From contig OZ024745.1 in NCBI GenBank assembly GCA_964016885.1, forward strand, positions 96,286,001 through 96,350,000: a stretch of DNA of 64,000 bases, given 5' to 3'. The stretch's first letter is position 1. Every line of letters starts with the position of its first letter. A program made the translations under genes and the position numbers. The notes under the pieces were generated by a model that had not been told where the DNA came from, did not search any database, and worked only from the letters and a program-made list of their open reading frames with translations. This DNA is from Eledone cirrhosa (Eukaryota). This document shows positions 41,291 through 54,086 of this stretch, one piece after another.

Positions 41291-43237
41291 TATACCAATT
41301 AGCTAACGCTTTAGGGCCTGCATACCTCCATCCTGTCTGGCCTACGTAAAACCACGCCGCACTGCATCCTGGTTCCTTTGTGACGATAACTGCCCTTCAG
41401 GTGCATATAGACTACTCTAATACCTCTTCTCTTCTACCACCCTCTCTTACTTTTTTTCCTCTCTTCCCTAGTTCATCTTATTAGACCACATGGCAAGAAC
41501 CCTGGGGTGGAACCTACTTAAGGCTTTTCACTATACCTAGCACAGCATGACCCTACATACCCACACTAACCATATTAGTATGGTTTTTAAACACACCCTT
41601 TGTGCTCTAACTGATAGCACAGCACTATAGTCTGTCGAAAGCCCAGAAAACCCGCCGCAGCTATAAAGCGGGTGAATTGGGCACCCGGGGTCTAGTTAAC
41701 CTTAACCCTAAAGTGTGTAATAGATCTAACCTAGTATGGTGAACTATGGTAGCAAATCGTGTGGGCTGGGCGCCGCTGAATCGACCTAGCCCCAGGGGGA
41801 AGGTGAGGTTGATCGCCGAGGGCTTCGAATCAAACAAAAGACTCGCCCCTAGCATCCCGTTGGATATCAAAATAATCCACCCTTTATGACGCGAATTGCC
41901 TCCCATACCTTTCATATGTATACTACGACTTCCTGTGTTTATATTCAGACTACCGTTGTGTGTTACTAGCGAGAGACTAATCTATGAAAGTTGGAGTTTG
42001 TTGAATGTGAATTGTGTTCCAGCTTTGATGAATTATAGAACCACACTCAAGGCAGAGTGCAGCACTGGATATTGAACTCCCGCCGACCCAGAAGGGGTCA
42101 CAGCCGACTGTGAATGGGTTGCAACCTCCGGAGTCAATAATCTAAACGAAAACCACGTGGCGGAAATATAAATAACATAGCTGTCATTGACAGGTTTGGT
42201 TGTGAGTTCTCTCTTCGATATATATCTATATATTCTACAGAAATTTGCACTCACTATAATAAACCCGCCTATTATTATAACAATATATGCTCATTCTGCC
42301 ATATGTGATTCTGGAAGCGGAGTTTCCTGTATACACTTTTTCTCTATATGTAACGGGATTGCCATCACGATTTGTATTTACTGTGGTACAGTTGTATGCG
42401 GTGCGATACATTGGTTGAACGCCAACTTGGACATACAGTGAATTTCACCTGGCACGTTGGATTGAGCGACCGAATGTTTTCAATTTCCTCACATCTGTGC
42501 CGGCTGTATATGTGCCATACATCTCTTTAACTCGTCGTACTTTCTTTTATTTTTTATTGTAGATTTTGGAAAAATAGTGTTATCTCACTTAACGTTCGGA
42601 ACTGGAACATATCGATGTGGTTCGTAGGGTGCAGATATGATAAGGAGAATCGACCTGTTACAAGGCGATATAATTGGAGTACACCATCCCTCATATGGAC
42701 TATCGTAAATGTAAGGCTGCACCACTACTAATCAACAATTCTTTTCACAGACTCATGCTTGCAAACTCTCTTGATCTGCCTGTACACCCTCTTTTTGCAC
42801 TGCTTGTGCTTTGATGCAATAATGCTTTGCTTTGCCTTATATTTTTGGGGGTGTTTCCGGGCTTTTTGTTCCTTTATTGTTTTGTATTTTTATATTTATC
42901 TCTTTTCTTATCCCTGTATTATTGTACATTTTTATTATTATTATTTTTTTTAATTATTTTCTTATTGTTTCTGATCATGCTCAGTAATACCCTCACTCAC
43001 CCTTGCTACCCTCTCCCAACCTCTTTATCATATATTGCACCATTTAAGTGATAAAGTTTTGGTGTAATTTTAAATTTTAAATTTTTAAACTTTTAAGACA
43101 TTTTATGACATTATGTGCATCATGTATTGTCTTTTTCCATATAGCGCTGGCCTCGGGACCCCTCTGCTGGTCCTTTAATCTTGTTCTGGTGACGCAGCTC
43201 GATGGAGCATGCAACTACTGATATACTCATGTTTATA

Positions 43238-43284
43238 GGCTCTGATGATTCCTGCCTTGGTATATGGATGAAACACTGTTAGCT
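43238..43284 (+). ncRNA. type I hammerhead ribozyme (PLE right arm)
   Basis: GGCT-CTGATGA-TTCC...GGAT-GAAA-CACTG-TT-AGCT. Confidence 0.75.
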
Positions 43285-43325
43285 AATAAAACAATGTATT
43301 TCTAAGCACTCTTTGGTTACTCCTA

Positions 43326-43365
<40 letters not shown>

Positions 43366-44785
43366 ATTGGTCATCCCGAATCTATAATAAAAGATACGAA
43401 AAAAAAAAATAATATAGGGGAATTTTTGGCCAAGTTATCGTGGTAAGTACGAGTGTGTGTGTTGTAGGCGGGACAAAAGGTGGTATCCGGGATATGGCCA
43501 GTAATTAGTACATGTGTATTGGTATGGAATCTTTAGGATGTAAAGAGAGTCTAGTTGCAATGATATTACACCATTTGTGCTTTTAAGTTGTTGTGGTCAT
43601 GGGGAGGTCATAAGAACATCTATGACTATTGAGACCCAACTTGACATCATGTCATTCCTCCTGACCACACTGCTCACGAACTATCTATTTGGGCCTTCTC
43701 TGTATATAAACCTGTAGGTTGAGGAAGACAAACAGAGGGAAAACGGGAACACCTACAAAACATGTTCCTGGTGTTGAGGGCTGTTCTATCCACGGGGTGT
43801 AAAACAACCCTGCAGTAACGTTTCCCCTTATTGGGGATTTCGATTGTTTTATTTTGTATATAGTTTATTGTTATCCATTATTATTGTTAAAGAGGGCGGT
43901 GAATTGGCAGTATCAGTAGAGGGTCGGAAATATATGCGATGTAATAAGTGTTATAATATAACGGGCGCTAACCGGAAGTGTTAACATTTGAAAATTTTAA
44001 AGAAGTGAACCTTTAAATAAGTAATAAAATTATTTATATTTAATCAAGAGTTACGAAATTTAGTACATAAATTATGTAATATTCATTCATTATTTATTCA
44101 AAGTAATCCAACTTATTTTACAAACGGGATAAAAAAAATATATATTCTGGCCGCAGTTGCGCACTCCTCCTTTTATTATAGCTAAGATTTACACACTGAT
44201 CTCGTTTGTGTGATTCATTAAACTTTTCTGTGTTAACAGTGACACTTGAAAACGCAGACAATTTTCTTACATGACACCACCATCATTTGTATGTATGCTA
44301 CCGTTTTCGCTAATAAAGTTTCTCTTTTTAATTTCATAATTATCACTATTCTTCTGTGCATCTTGTGACAAAGGAGGATTTCTGCATTTATTTTGTAGCA
44401 AATGGCAGCCTTTTCTTTTTTAGTGTTCTTTCGTTTTTCTGCGTGTATATTTTTATTGTAGTAGACGCCATTATTTATGAAATCTCTGAAGAGAAAAGGC
44501 AAAAATGTCAGTAAACACCAAGCTTTTTTTGTTTTGGCAAAAATAAATTACATTCGTTGAGAATATCGTTTTTTATGTTAATCTAAGTGAAGAAAAAGTG
44601 GATTTTACATTCAGTTGCCATTCAGTTTCTAGAGGTGTCAGGAGTATTCACGTCATGGCATGCCGACAGCGAATAATTCTCATAATGATAACAACATTAC
44701 CATCATCATCACCATCATCATCATCAACATCACCATTATCATCAACAATAATAGCAACAACAACAGCAACAACAACAACAATAAT

Positions 44786-45525
44786 GATTTCTGATATAGG
44801 TACAAGGCCAGCAATTTGAAGGGGGCGGGTAAAGTCGATTAAACCGACCCCAGTTCATTACTGGTACTTTATTTTATCGACCCCGTGCGGACGAAAGGCA
44901 AAGTTAACCTCGGCGGGATTTGAACTCAGAACGTAAAGGGGGCGTAACTCTATGCTGTAAAGTATGGCGTCCGCCGCTCTACCCAGTCTGCCAATTCTAA
45001 TAATAATTGTTTCTACTTTTGGTACAAGGTCAGCAATTACTCAGTACATTACTGGTACTTTATTTTATGTGCCCCGTAAGGATGAAAGGCAAAGTTAACC
45101 TCGTCGGGATTTGAACTCAGACTGTATAGGGACGTAACTCTATGCTGGAAAGCATGACGTCTGATATTCTACCGATACTGTTAATCCTTATTCATTGTTG
45201 GCTTGTGCCTTAGTTAGAAATCATAATTATGTGTCCCTATTTAAGATGGTGGGCTATATTTTGATGGTAATTTAGCAGCTATTTCTAGCGTGTCAAGTCA
45301 CATAGAGTCTCCTTCGTTGATTCGGAGTTCGGGTAATGAACCTGGAAGAAATAAAAATTAAATATTTGTTTCTACTTTAGGCACAAGGCCAGCAATAACC
45401 CAGTTCATTACTGGTACTTTATTTTATCGACCCCGTAAGGATGAAAGGCAAAGTCAACCTCGGCGGGATTTGAACTCAGATCGTAAAGGGACGTAAGTAT
45501 GCTGGAAAGCATGGCGTCCGACCCT
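44786..45525 (-). mobile_element. cluster of three SINE S1 copies
   Basis: Copies at ~44786-44995, 45005-45180 and 45366-45525. Confidence 0.85.
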
Positions 45526-45901
45526 CTTTTATTGCAAACAGATCAGAGAATTATTTCGATGTACTAATGTTATCTCAGGAATATCGTTTCATTGGATAGT
45601 TTAGACAATTTGAACCAGGAATGTCTCTTCATTTAACGAGGTATTTATTATAAGTGTCCTTCCTCTATTTTATAGTCTGATAAATCACTGTCAGTGTTTC
45701 AGACGTTGCGTGATTAAAGGCGAGATAGACAAACAGAGAGATGAGCGTGTACTGTTCAGTATATTGCTTAACCGCCAAGGAGGTGATGTTAGGTGCTAAT
45801 ATTTAAATGCATTTAAGTTTAAAATTAATTCAGCGAATTACTTAGAATATAGATCAGGACAGGCAATAAATTAAAACGAATACATTAGGTATGTATCTAG
45901 G

Positions 45902-45983
45902 TATTGGGTCGTCATGTATGAAATTTGTAGAAATTTGTTTTTTTCTACAAATTTCTACAAATTTCATACTTGACAACCCAATA
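45902..45983. mobile_element. ~80-bp mariner-like MITE
   Basis: TATTGGGTCGTCATGTATGAAATTTGTAGAAATTTG and its near reverse complement, with TA at both ends. Confidence 0.65.
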
Positions 45984-46649
45984 GAATATAACATTTATTG
46001 ATTAGATGATATAGTTCATTATAGTTCGTATTTAACAAGGTTGTTCTTGATTTATTAAAACAAGCTACGAGCAGTTGCATTTCAAACAAACGTTTAGGTG
46101 ATTTTACGTCTTGCAAGCAGTTTATCATGTTTAATGCTTCCTCTAAACTATTTTATTTTTTCTATCTTCGATTAACAGACCACGGTTCTTTCAAAAGTAT
46201 GTATGGTAGTTCTTTTACTTAGATATCAAACGTTAAATTTGGATAATTAATTGCTTCATTATAAGCTAAATATTCCATAAAACAAAACAAAACACAACAA
46301 AAAAAGATATGGCCTCAGTGTATTGACTTGTTAGATTGTTCTTTGTTGTTGAAAGAGAAATACATAGCCGATTGAACTGACGAAGTAATTTATCAATTCT
46401 AGAAGGATGAAAGGTAAAGCCAGTCTCAATGAAACCTAACGTACTGCACTGAAAACCTGAACTTATCCCAGTTGTCCTTCTACTCCTCCTCGCAGCATTC
46501 GTACCCATTATTGAAAAGTGATTCATAAAAGAACAGCATATTAGAGACATTTTCCTTTTAAGGGTATTATTATTAACTTTTAAAAACGTGTAATTTTGCG
46601 ATAAACTACAATCAACTGTGATATATACAAAACATGTATATATATACAT

Positions 46650-46701
<52 letters not shown>

Positions 46702-46795
46702 ATATACATACATACACACAACACATACCCACACATATTTATTCATACACGTATATTATACGTATATATATGGACATATACGTATATATATATAC

Positions 46796-46863
<68 letters not shown>

Positions 46864-46930
46864 GTATATATATATATATGTATATATTTATAAATATATA
46901 CATATATGCATATATGCATATATATATATA

Positions 46931-46993
<63 letters not shown>

Positions 46994-47099
46994 GCACATA
47001 TATACCCATATACATATATATATGTATAGAATTCTGTTCCGTAGGAGCATAGAGTGCTCAACCGGCATACCACCTATGGAATCATCTTAGCTACCATTA

Positions 47100-47139
<40 letters not shown>

Positions 47140-47142
<3 letters not shown>

Positions 47143-47339
47143 TTAATATAGAAGAGATTCTACAGGACTAGAACTGTTTCATTCATTAGAAATCATCAGG
47201 AATCAGAGATTCCTGATGATTTCTAATGAATGAAACAGTTCTAGTCCTGTAGAATCTCTTCTATATTAAAACTGTTATACTCTGCTATGTATTGAGTACC
47301 TTACTTACTGTGGTTACCTCCGATTCAACCCGGAATAAC

Positions 47340-47340
<1 letters not shown>
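47140..47340 (+). mobile_element. fold-back element with two back-to-back HHRs and a tail, in (TA)n
   Basis: ~65-bp perfect arms around an AGA loop (47205-47207). Tail ACTCTGCTATGTATTGAGTACC. Confidence 0.85.
47208..47256 (+). ncRNA. type I hammerhead ribozyme (mirror 47156-47204 on -)
   Basis: GATTC-CTGATGA-T-TTC-TAAT-GAA-T-GAAA-CAG-loop-CTG-TA-GAATC, with all three stems paired. Confidence 0.85.
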
Positions 47341-47425
<85 letters not shown>

Positions 47426-48109
47426 TTATATGATGTATATAAATATATATATAAAATATATATGAATGTGTGTATTTATGTGTGTGTGTGTGTGCGTGTA
47501 CAATGGTATATGTGTATGTGTGTATGTGTGTGTGTATGTGGATACGATGGTATGTGTGTATGTGTGTGTGCACAATGGTATGCATATATTTAACAGATCA
47601 AAATGGACAGATGGCGAGCTGTTAATTATTTTAATCGGCATGATGAAAGAAACACGGTGTGCTATTTTTCCGCTTGATTAGTTTTTAATCAAATGTGATT
47701 CTTTTGAATTAATCAATACATCATGATTGTCTTCTAATCACCGGTCCGTGTAAACAATGTGCCAAGTCAAATAATTACATCTGCTTCTTAAATATCAGTT
47801 TAACATAATTAAAAATAAAATATAGTCTGTTGAAAAATGAACAATAATCAAATAATTTAGATAAAAGATTTAATGAACAGACATCTCTGATTTCAAGGCT
47901 ATTGCACTACAATTCCTAAACAGATGAATATATTTTTGTGTATCCAGCGTTCTATCTCTTGTAAGATATTTATCTACCACACATAATGTCCTCTCTATTC
48001 TTCCTACGATCTCGTGAGTGTGTTTTTTTTTATTTTTTTTTTTTTTAATTTCGAGTTATTTTGACCGGCCATATTTCCAAATAAAATTATCTACGTGGGT
48101 CAACGAGAC

Positions 48110-48291
48110 AGCGTAATGCCAACCTCTAAAAACTCAAACGAGGAGTACCATGAAAAAAAGTGCCCCAAATCGGGTAGAAATGCAGCAAAATGGGCAAATT
48201 TTACATAATGAAAGCTATACCCATTTATAAGAGAAGACATCACATGTGGGTGGGAGATCTTCCCGTTGGACGGTGAGAGTTGACATGTTTG
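48110..48291. mobile_element. diverged inverted copy of the 84-277 MITE
   Basis: TGCCAACCTCTAAAAACTCAAA...GTGCCCCAAA...GGGTGGGAGATCT...GAGAGTTGACA. Confidence 0.55.
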
Positions 48292-48551
48292 AGGCAGTCT
48301 CTACATAGCTGGCTAGAAATAGCAACTGAAATTTTCTCAAATTACCCCTGGCTCATTAGATAATGTAGTCTGGAAAAGCTGAATGATATTTAGAACTTGT
48401 ACGCATTTGATCAGGACAGAACCGGTGCTAAACAACAAGAACACATATATATTCATGAACTCATCGAAGTAAAATCCTACAGATAAAATTCAAACCGTGT
48501 ACAAAACTCTACCAGTTGTACTGCTTTAGTGTGACATTTATAGGAGTAGCA

Positions 48552-48850
48552 TGTATATATAGTTGTGACAGCACTGATCTTACATATATACTTGTGACAG
48601 TGTTGTGACAGTGTTGCTGTTACATATATATTTGTAACAGTATTGTTGTTACATATATACTTGTGACAGCACTGATGTTATATATATACTTGTGATTGTG
48701 ATGCTGTTACATATATACTTGTGACAGCACTGATGTTACATATATACTTGTGACAGTGTTGCTGTTACATATATACTTGTGACAGTGTTGCTGTTACATA
48801 TATATTTGTGACAGTACTACTGTTACATATATAGTTGTGACAGTATTGCT
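48552..48850. repeat. minisatellite, 29-bp unit, ~10 copies
   Basis: TGTTACATATATACTTGTGACAGTGTTGC. Confidence 0.85.
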
Positions 48851-49658
48851 TTCAGCCCTTATTCTTCAACGCTGTAGCCCTCTGTAACGCAACCCTGTAT
48901 TTTCCATGCAGACGTAGCCTTACAGAGCAATAGCTGCATCCATCTTATCAGTCTGGGTTGATTTACAAAGATTTTGGAAACAGTCGCTCCTCCATTGTCT
49001 AATTCATAGTAAATGAAAAGCTTTCATTCATTTATCTCTAGAATTACTGGATCACCAGTGATAGAAATATATCTCCTATCCGTTTCATCGCTCACTAGAA
49101 CAACAGATCTTGTAAGTTTGAACACAATGAGTGTAACCGGCGCCATTTAAACATACCGTTGTTACCTGCTTTCCTTACGTGTCTCTCTCACGTCTCCCAA
49201 CATTCTCTTACGCAATATCTTCCACATATAACCTCATGCTACACAACTTCCCTTATCATCCATGTATTTCTCTTCAACCGTACAATTCAAATTAAACATT
49301 AACTAAGCCGTGCAATTCAAATAAAACACCCAATTACCTTTATCCGATATTCTAAGAAGATTTAACTTTGCCGAGGGCAATGACGTTCCCACTTCAGTCT
49401 GACTTCTAAAAGAATTATTTCTTTTTTTACTATATAACTTAGTTACATTTCATGCCTCCATGGTGCAAGAGATCTGTTCCGCATACGAACAAGCTTTGTC
49501 AGCTAGCTACATGTTATTACAGAGGAAGAAAGGTAATGAGACGATGATAGTGTGAGAAAGAAAAGCCGACAGACAGGTAGATAGGTACATATAGCTGTAG
49601 ATCGAGAGAGACAGACCGAAAGATAGATAGACCGAAAGATAAATGGAGAAAGAAAGAG

Positions 49659-49715
<57 letters not shown>

Positions 49716-49869
49716 AATGGGAGAGGGAGGAACAAAATAGAAACTTTTATGTACGTTCTTCTGGTTTTATTATTTTATAAAAGAGAGAGAGAGAAGTGAA
49801 AGAAAGAGTGAGAGAGAAATGAGGGAAGGAGAGAGGAGAAACTTTTGTGTATGTTCTGGTTTTAGTATC

Positions 49870-50068
49870 AGTAATACACTGGGTAATTTCTGGCCTTGTG
49901 CCTAAAGTAGAAACAATTATTTTAACGCATAGAGTTATGGCCCTTGCCATTCTGAGTTCAAATTCACCGAGGTTAACTTTGCCTTTCATCCTTACGGGGT
50001 CGATGAAATAAAGTACCAGTAATGCATTGGGTAATTGCTGGCCTTGTGCCAAAAGCAGAAACAATTAT
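49870..50068 (+). mobile_element. SINE S1 tail plus a truncated copy
   Basis: S1 tail occurs twice, B-box and body once. Confidence 0.8.
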
Positions 50069-50142
50069 TTTATAAATTTTCACCAATACAGAAAGTGAGA
50101 GAGAGTGAGAGAGAGAAAGCGATATATAGATAGATAGATATG

Positions 50143-51895
50143 TTTCTTTATTAGCCACAGGGGCACAAAAGAAGGGGACAAATACAAAGGGGAAGTTTAC
50201 ATACAATAAAAATGTGTAAAATGTTATCACAAATGCAATTTAAAAAGTTAGTCGATTTTCCACAATAGAGGGAGACAGTTTATCTGGGTAACACATACCC
50301 CCGAAAAAATGTGCAACCCTCATCTCCAGGAGTACGAAGAGTTTGTACTCCTTTCCTCTCATCTTCCTTTTCCTCAACCTACAGGCTGATATAGAGAGAA
50401 GGCCCATTCACTCGGGCCATTCTCGCCACTTTCACCCACCTTTCATAAAACTTGCTGGGGTACAGCACCTCTCTCTCCATCCTGATTCTTCTTCCAAAGT
50501 GGTATTTGAAAAAAAAATCAATTGTTGGCCAGAGAGAAAGGTGTCTGACCTCAGCCCTTTCAACCTTGTCCACCATACAACCTCTTTCGCCATAGCTATC
50601 ACACAAAGGAAAACCGCCTCTCCTTCGTTTTTGAAGGAGGGTGGCGGTTTGATCATGACAATGGACTCGGTGGTCAAATTGGTCCCATCCGCGACAATAG
50701 TCGTTCTACATAGCCCCACAGCTCAGTGACGCCCGGGCAGTGTCTGAAATCGTGCGCGACGGTTTCTTCGTCTCGCACGCACCTCGGACAGATCTTTTCT
50801 GCAGGGTCCCTGCCCGGGCGCCCATGTCTGTAGAGCTTGTCTCGAATTAGTAGAGCTCCTCGGTAGCACTGCCAGGCCAGGGACTTTTGGAAGTTGTCCA
50901 TCGGTCCCGGGCGGAAGGTCCTACCGAACAGACTGGCCTGTTCATCTTCCTCTACGCCTAGAGTTTCACCGAGCGCGTCGTCGCACTTGCTGCGGATCAA
51001 CCCTCTATAGAATGACGAAGTGGAGTCTCCACTGATCGCCGAGTCCGCCTGCCAGAGGGCTGTGAGCGCCTGAGCACATTCGATGTGCCAGTCGCCCATT
51101 TTCCTCGGTCTTTGCTTGACCCAGGACTGCAGCTCGGTCAGCGAGACGAGTCGTGGGAAGGCTCGCCTCACGAACGGTTGTCCGGTGAGGAATACGTAGA
51201 GATGCCGCAGCCTGAGCGCGTGTTTGCGCATCGTCAACCACGGCATCCCCAGCCCTCCGTTAGAAGGGTGTTGGCAGCAGATGGATCTTCTCACCAAAGG
51301 AGCCCGCCTCTTCCAAAGGAATTGGAAAAGCGCGCGCTCCATTTTGGCGAGCGTTTTGGCTGGACAAGGTACGACGGTCAAGCGGTAGTAGATGGCGGAC
51401 GCTATAAAAGTGTTCGCCACCTCCGCTCGACATTTCAAGGATAGTTTGCACTCGGCCCACTTCTGGGTGAGTGCAAACACCTTGGCCGTCACATCGTTCC
51501 AGTTCTTCTCCACCTGGAGGTCCGGACCAAACCAGACCCCGAGCAGCTTTACCGGTCCTTCCGTCCAGCGTCCGACGACGCCATCGGAAGGCATCGGTTT
51601 GCCTCTCCACGATCCGAGTTGCAAACCGATGGACTTGTTGCGGTTCAGCTTCGCTCCTGTGAAACTTTCGTATTCCTTCAGTAAGGTGCCGACTTCCTCG
51701 ATTTGCGAGGCGCTCGACACCATTACTGTCACGTCGTCGGCGTAGGCCGACGCCGCTTTCCGCAGTCCCGGTTCCAGAGGGATGCCCTGCAATAGCTCCA
51801 ACTTCCGCAGTAGTGGCTCGAGAGTCAGTACGTACAGAAGGGAGGAGAGAGGGCATCCCTGTCGAATGGGTCGCGTAATATGGAACGGCTCCGAG
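50143..51895 (-). mobile_element. 5'-truncated Tx1-like LINE, second subfamily
   Basis: IRQGCPLS, AYADD, MDNFQKSLAWQCYRGAL, CPRC..H..HC. The 3' end is AATAAAGAAAC followed by (ATCT)n, with GATA/GA repeats on both flanks. Confidence 0.9.
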
Positions 51896-52080
51896 AGAAA
51901 TATAGATAGATAGAGAGATAGAGAGATAGAGAGAGTCGTATACAGCAAATAGATGGTCATAGAGCTTAAAGGGCAAAATAAAACGAAAAAACTATTGTCT
52001 TTGATTGCGAAACTCTCATGTGCTTATTCTATATAAATATATAGTGATTTTCATATACACCCTTATTGCACACGCGCGCG

Positions 52081-52133
<53 letters not shown>

Positions 52134-52134
52134 T

Positions 52135-52297
52135 GGAAAGACCCCGATGGCTGAGCTCCGGCCGTTTCGACAGCTAGATCTAGCTGTCGAAACGGTCGGA
52201 GCTCAGCCGTCGGGGTCCTGACTCTTTTCCTATTACTCAATCTACTACCCTAAGAATCGTTATGATCCATCCGGTTTCTTACCACACCTTCTTTATT
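52135..52297 (+). mobile_element. family E hairpin element
   Basis: GACCCCGATGGCTGAGCTCCGGCCGTTTCGACAGCTAG|ATCTAGCTGTCGAAACGG...GGGGTC plus tail. TA-flanked. Confidence 0.75.
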
Positions 52298-52302
52298 ATA
52301 TA

Positions 52303-52384
<82 letters not shown>

Positions 52385-52629
52385 CGATTCTTTGCTTAAA
52401 CTTTAATCTGTTATTTTAATAAATATATATATATATATATGTGTATATATATATATACATATATGTATATATATATATATGTATATATATATATAACAAA
52501 GTCGTATAAGCCATATATATACTTAAACATAATCACAGATACATAAATGAGTGTAGGCTAAATTCAACTGTGTGGCTCGATGAGTGAACGAATTGAATAA
52601 ATAATTATCAATCAGGGCTATATCAAATT

Positions 52630-52905
52630 ATAAGTTTGAAGAATATTCAGTCAGTTTATCCAATATTTTCTTCTTAGTCCGAAGAAATTAACTAGATAAA
52701 TTATTATTTAAACGGAGCTAAGTTTAAAATGAGGAAAGACTAGGTAAATTTTATCTGACTGTTCCAATTAAAGGAATATCGATAACATTTATCTGTTATT
52801 TCTTCAAATTTACATTTTAAACTTAATGATTATCTATCTAATTAATTTCTATGGACTAAGAAGAAAAGATTGGATAAACTTTGTTTGACTATTCTTCAAA
52901 CTTAT
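52630..52905. repeat. diverged fold-back with ~70-bp arms, ending at a TA run
   Basis: ATAAGTTTGAAGAATA...TCTTCTTAGTCC versus GGACTAAGAAGA...TATTCTTCAAACTTAT. Confidence 0.6.
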
Positions 52906-53086
52906 ATATATATATTGTACGTTTTATTGAACGTGACTGCAGGTATATTTAATTAGTTAAGGAGTTGGCTTCGTAGCCATGAGATATGAATTCGATCCCA
53001 CTGTATGATAACTTGGCAGCGTGCGTTTCTTTTTCGTTTTTTAACATAGTCTTGGGTTGATCTTAGCCTTGTGAGTGTGGAATTGA

Positions 53087-53474
53087 GTAGACCAAACCTG
53101 TCCAAGCTCATTGGAGGTAGGGCATCTGTAATTTAGGAATTGGGTAGACCAAACCTGTCGAAGCTCATTGGAGGGATAGCATCTGTAATTTAGGAATTGG
53201 GTAAACCAAACCTGTCGAAGCTCATTGGAGGGAGGGCATCTGTAATTTAGGAATTGGGTAGACCAAACCTGTCGAAGCTCTTTGGAGGGAGGGCATCTGT
53301 AATTTAGGAATTAGGTAGACCAAACCTGTCGAAGCTCTTTGGAGGGAGGGCATCTGTAATTTAGGAATTGGGTAGACCAAACCTGTCGAAGCTCTTTGGA
53401 GGGAGGGCATCTGTAATTTAGGAATTAGGTAGACCAAACCTGTCGAAGCTCTTTGGAGGGAGGGCATCTGTAAT
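53087..53474. repeat. minisatellite, 57-bp unit, ~7 copies
   Basis: GTAGACCAAACCTGTCGAAGCTCTTTGGAGGGAGGGCATCTGTAATTTAGGAATTGG. Confidence 0.9.
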
Positions 53475-53757
53475 TGAAATCTCTGAACCTGTCATATGCT
53501 GTAATATCACGTTGTGTCTCTCCGGAAATTATGTTAAGAGTACAAGTGTCTGCGAAACACTTGGCCACCTATACTGTGTAATTCAATAAGCAGACAGTTC
53601 AATTGTTCAAACAACTGGAAGATCCGTTTACTTTTAATGCATGCGAATACCTTCGAAAAAGATTGACTTTTACTGTATACGACGATTTTATCACTTATTC
53701 ATACGCATCCATACCTCCCTCCACATATCTGTTTGTATATATATATATATATATAAG

Positions 53758-53860
<103 letters not shown>

Positions 53861-53905
53861 GTATATATACATATATGTATATATAAATATATATATACAT
53901 ATATA

Positions 53906-53982
53906 CATGGTGTCCCCAAAAAGGTATGCACACTTCAATAGCATTCTAATAAAAGTGTGTATACATTTTTGGGGACACCCTG
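53906..53982. mobile_element. 77-bp Tc1/mariner MITE
   Basis: CA(T/G)GGTGTCCCCAAAAA.GTAT.CACACTT inverted repeats in TA context. Confidence 0.7.
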
Positions 53983-53994
53983 TGTATATATATA

Positions 53995-54033
<39 letters not shown>

Positions 54034-54048
54034 GGAGAGAGAGATGTA

Positions 54049-54086
<38 letters not shown>

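Larger units (their letters stand above)
33768..43328. mobile_element. Naiad-type Penelope-like element as a large inverted insertion in (TA)n
   Basis: 33881-34873 plus 36819-38822 is the reverse complement of ~40320-43328. RT lies in the spacer, HHRs lie near both ends and the left arm alone has a ~110-bp tail. Confidence 0.85.

Noticed and set aside
41984-42030. SECIS-like ATGA...TGAT hairpin in the Naiad 3'UTR
   Set aside because: The helix needs a bulge next to the core, the apical AA is misplaced and the inverted copy has TTGA instead of ATGA. Not accepted without a SECIS search.
42759-43051. Hydrophobic ORFs duplicated at 34161-34448, and the 84-aa ORF pair at 37242/41661
   Set aside because: The duplication reflects the PLE inverted arms. 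The hydrophobicity comes from U-rich UTR sequence, and the 84-aa pair is antisense to the element.
53222-53467. Repeat-protein ORF (MPSLQRASTGLVY...)
   Set aside because: By-product of a 57-bp minisatellite whose period is divisible by 3.
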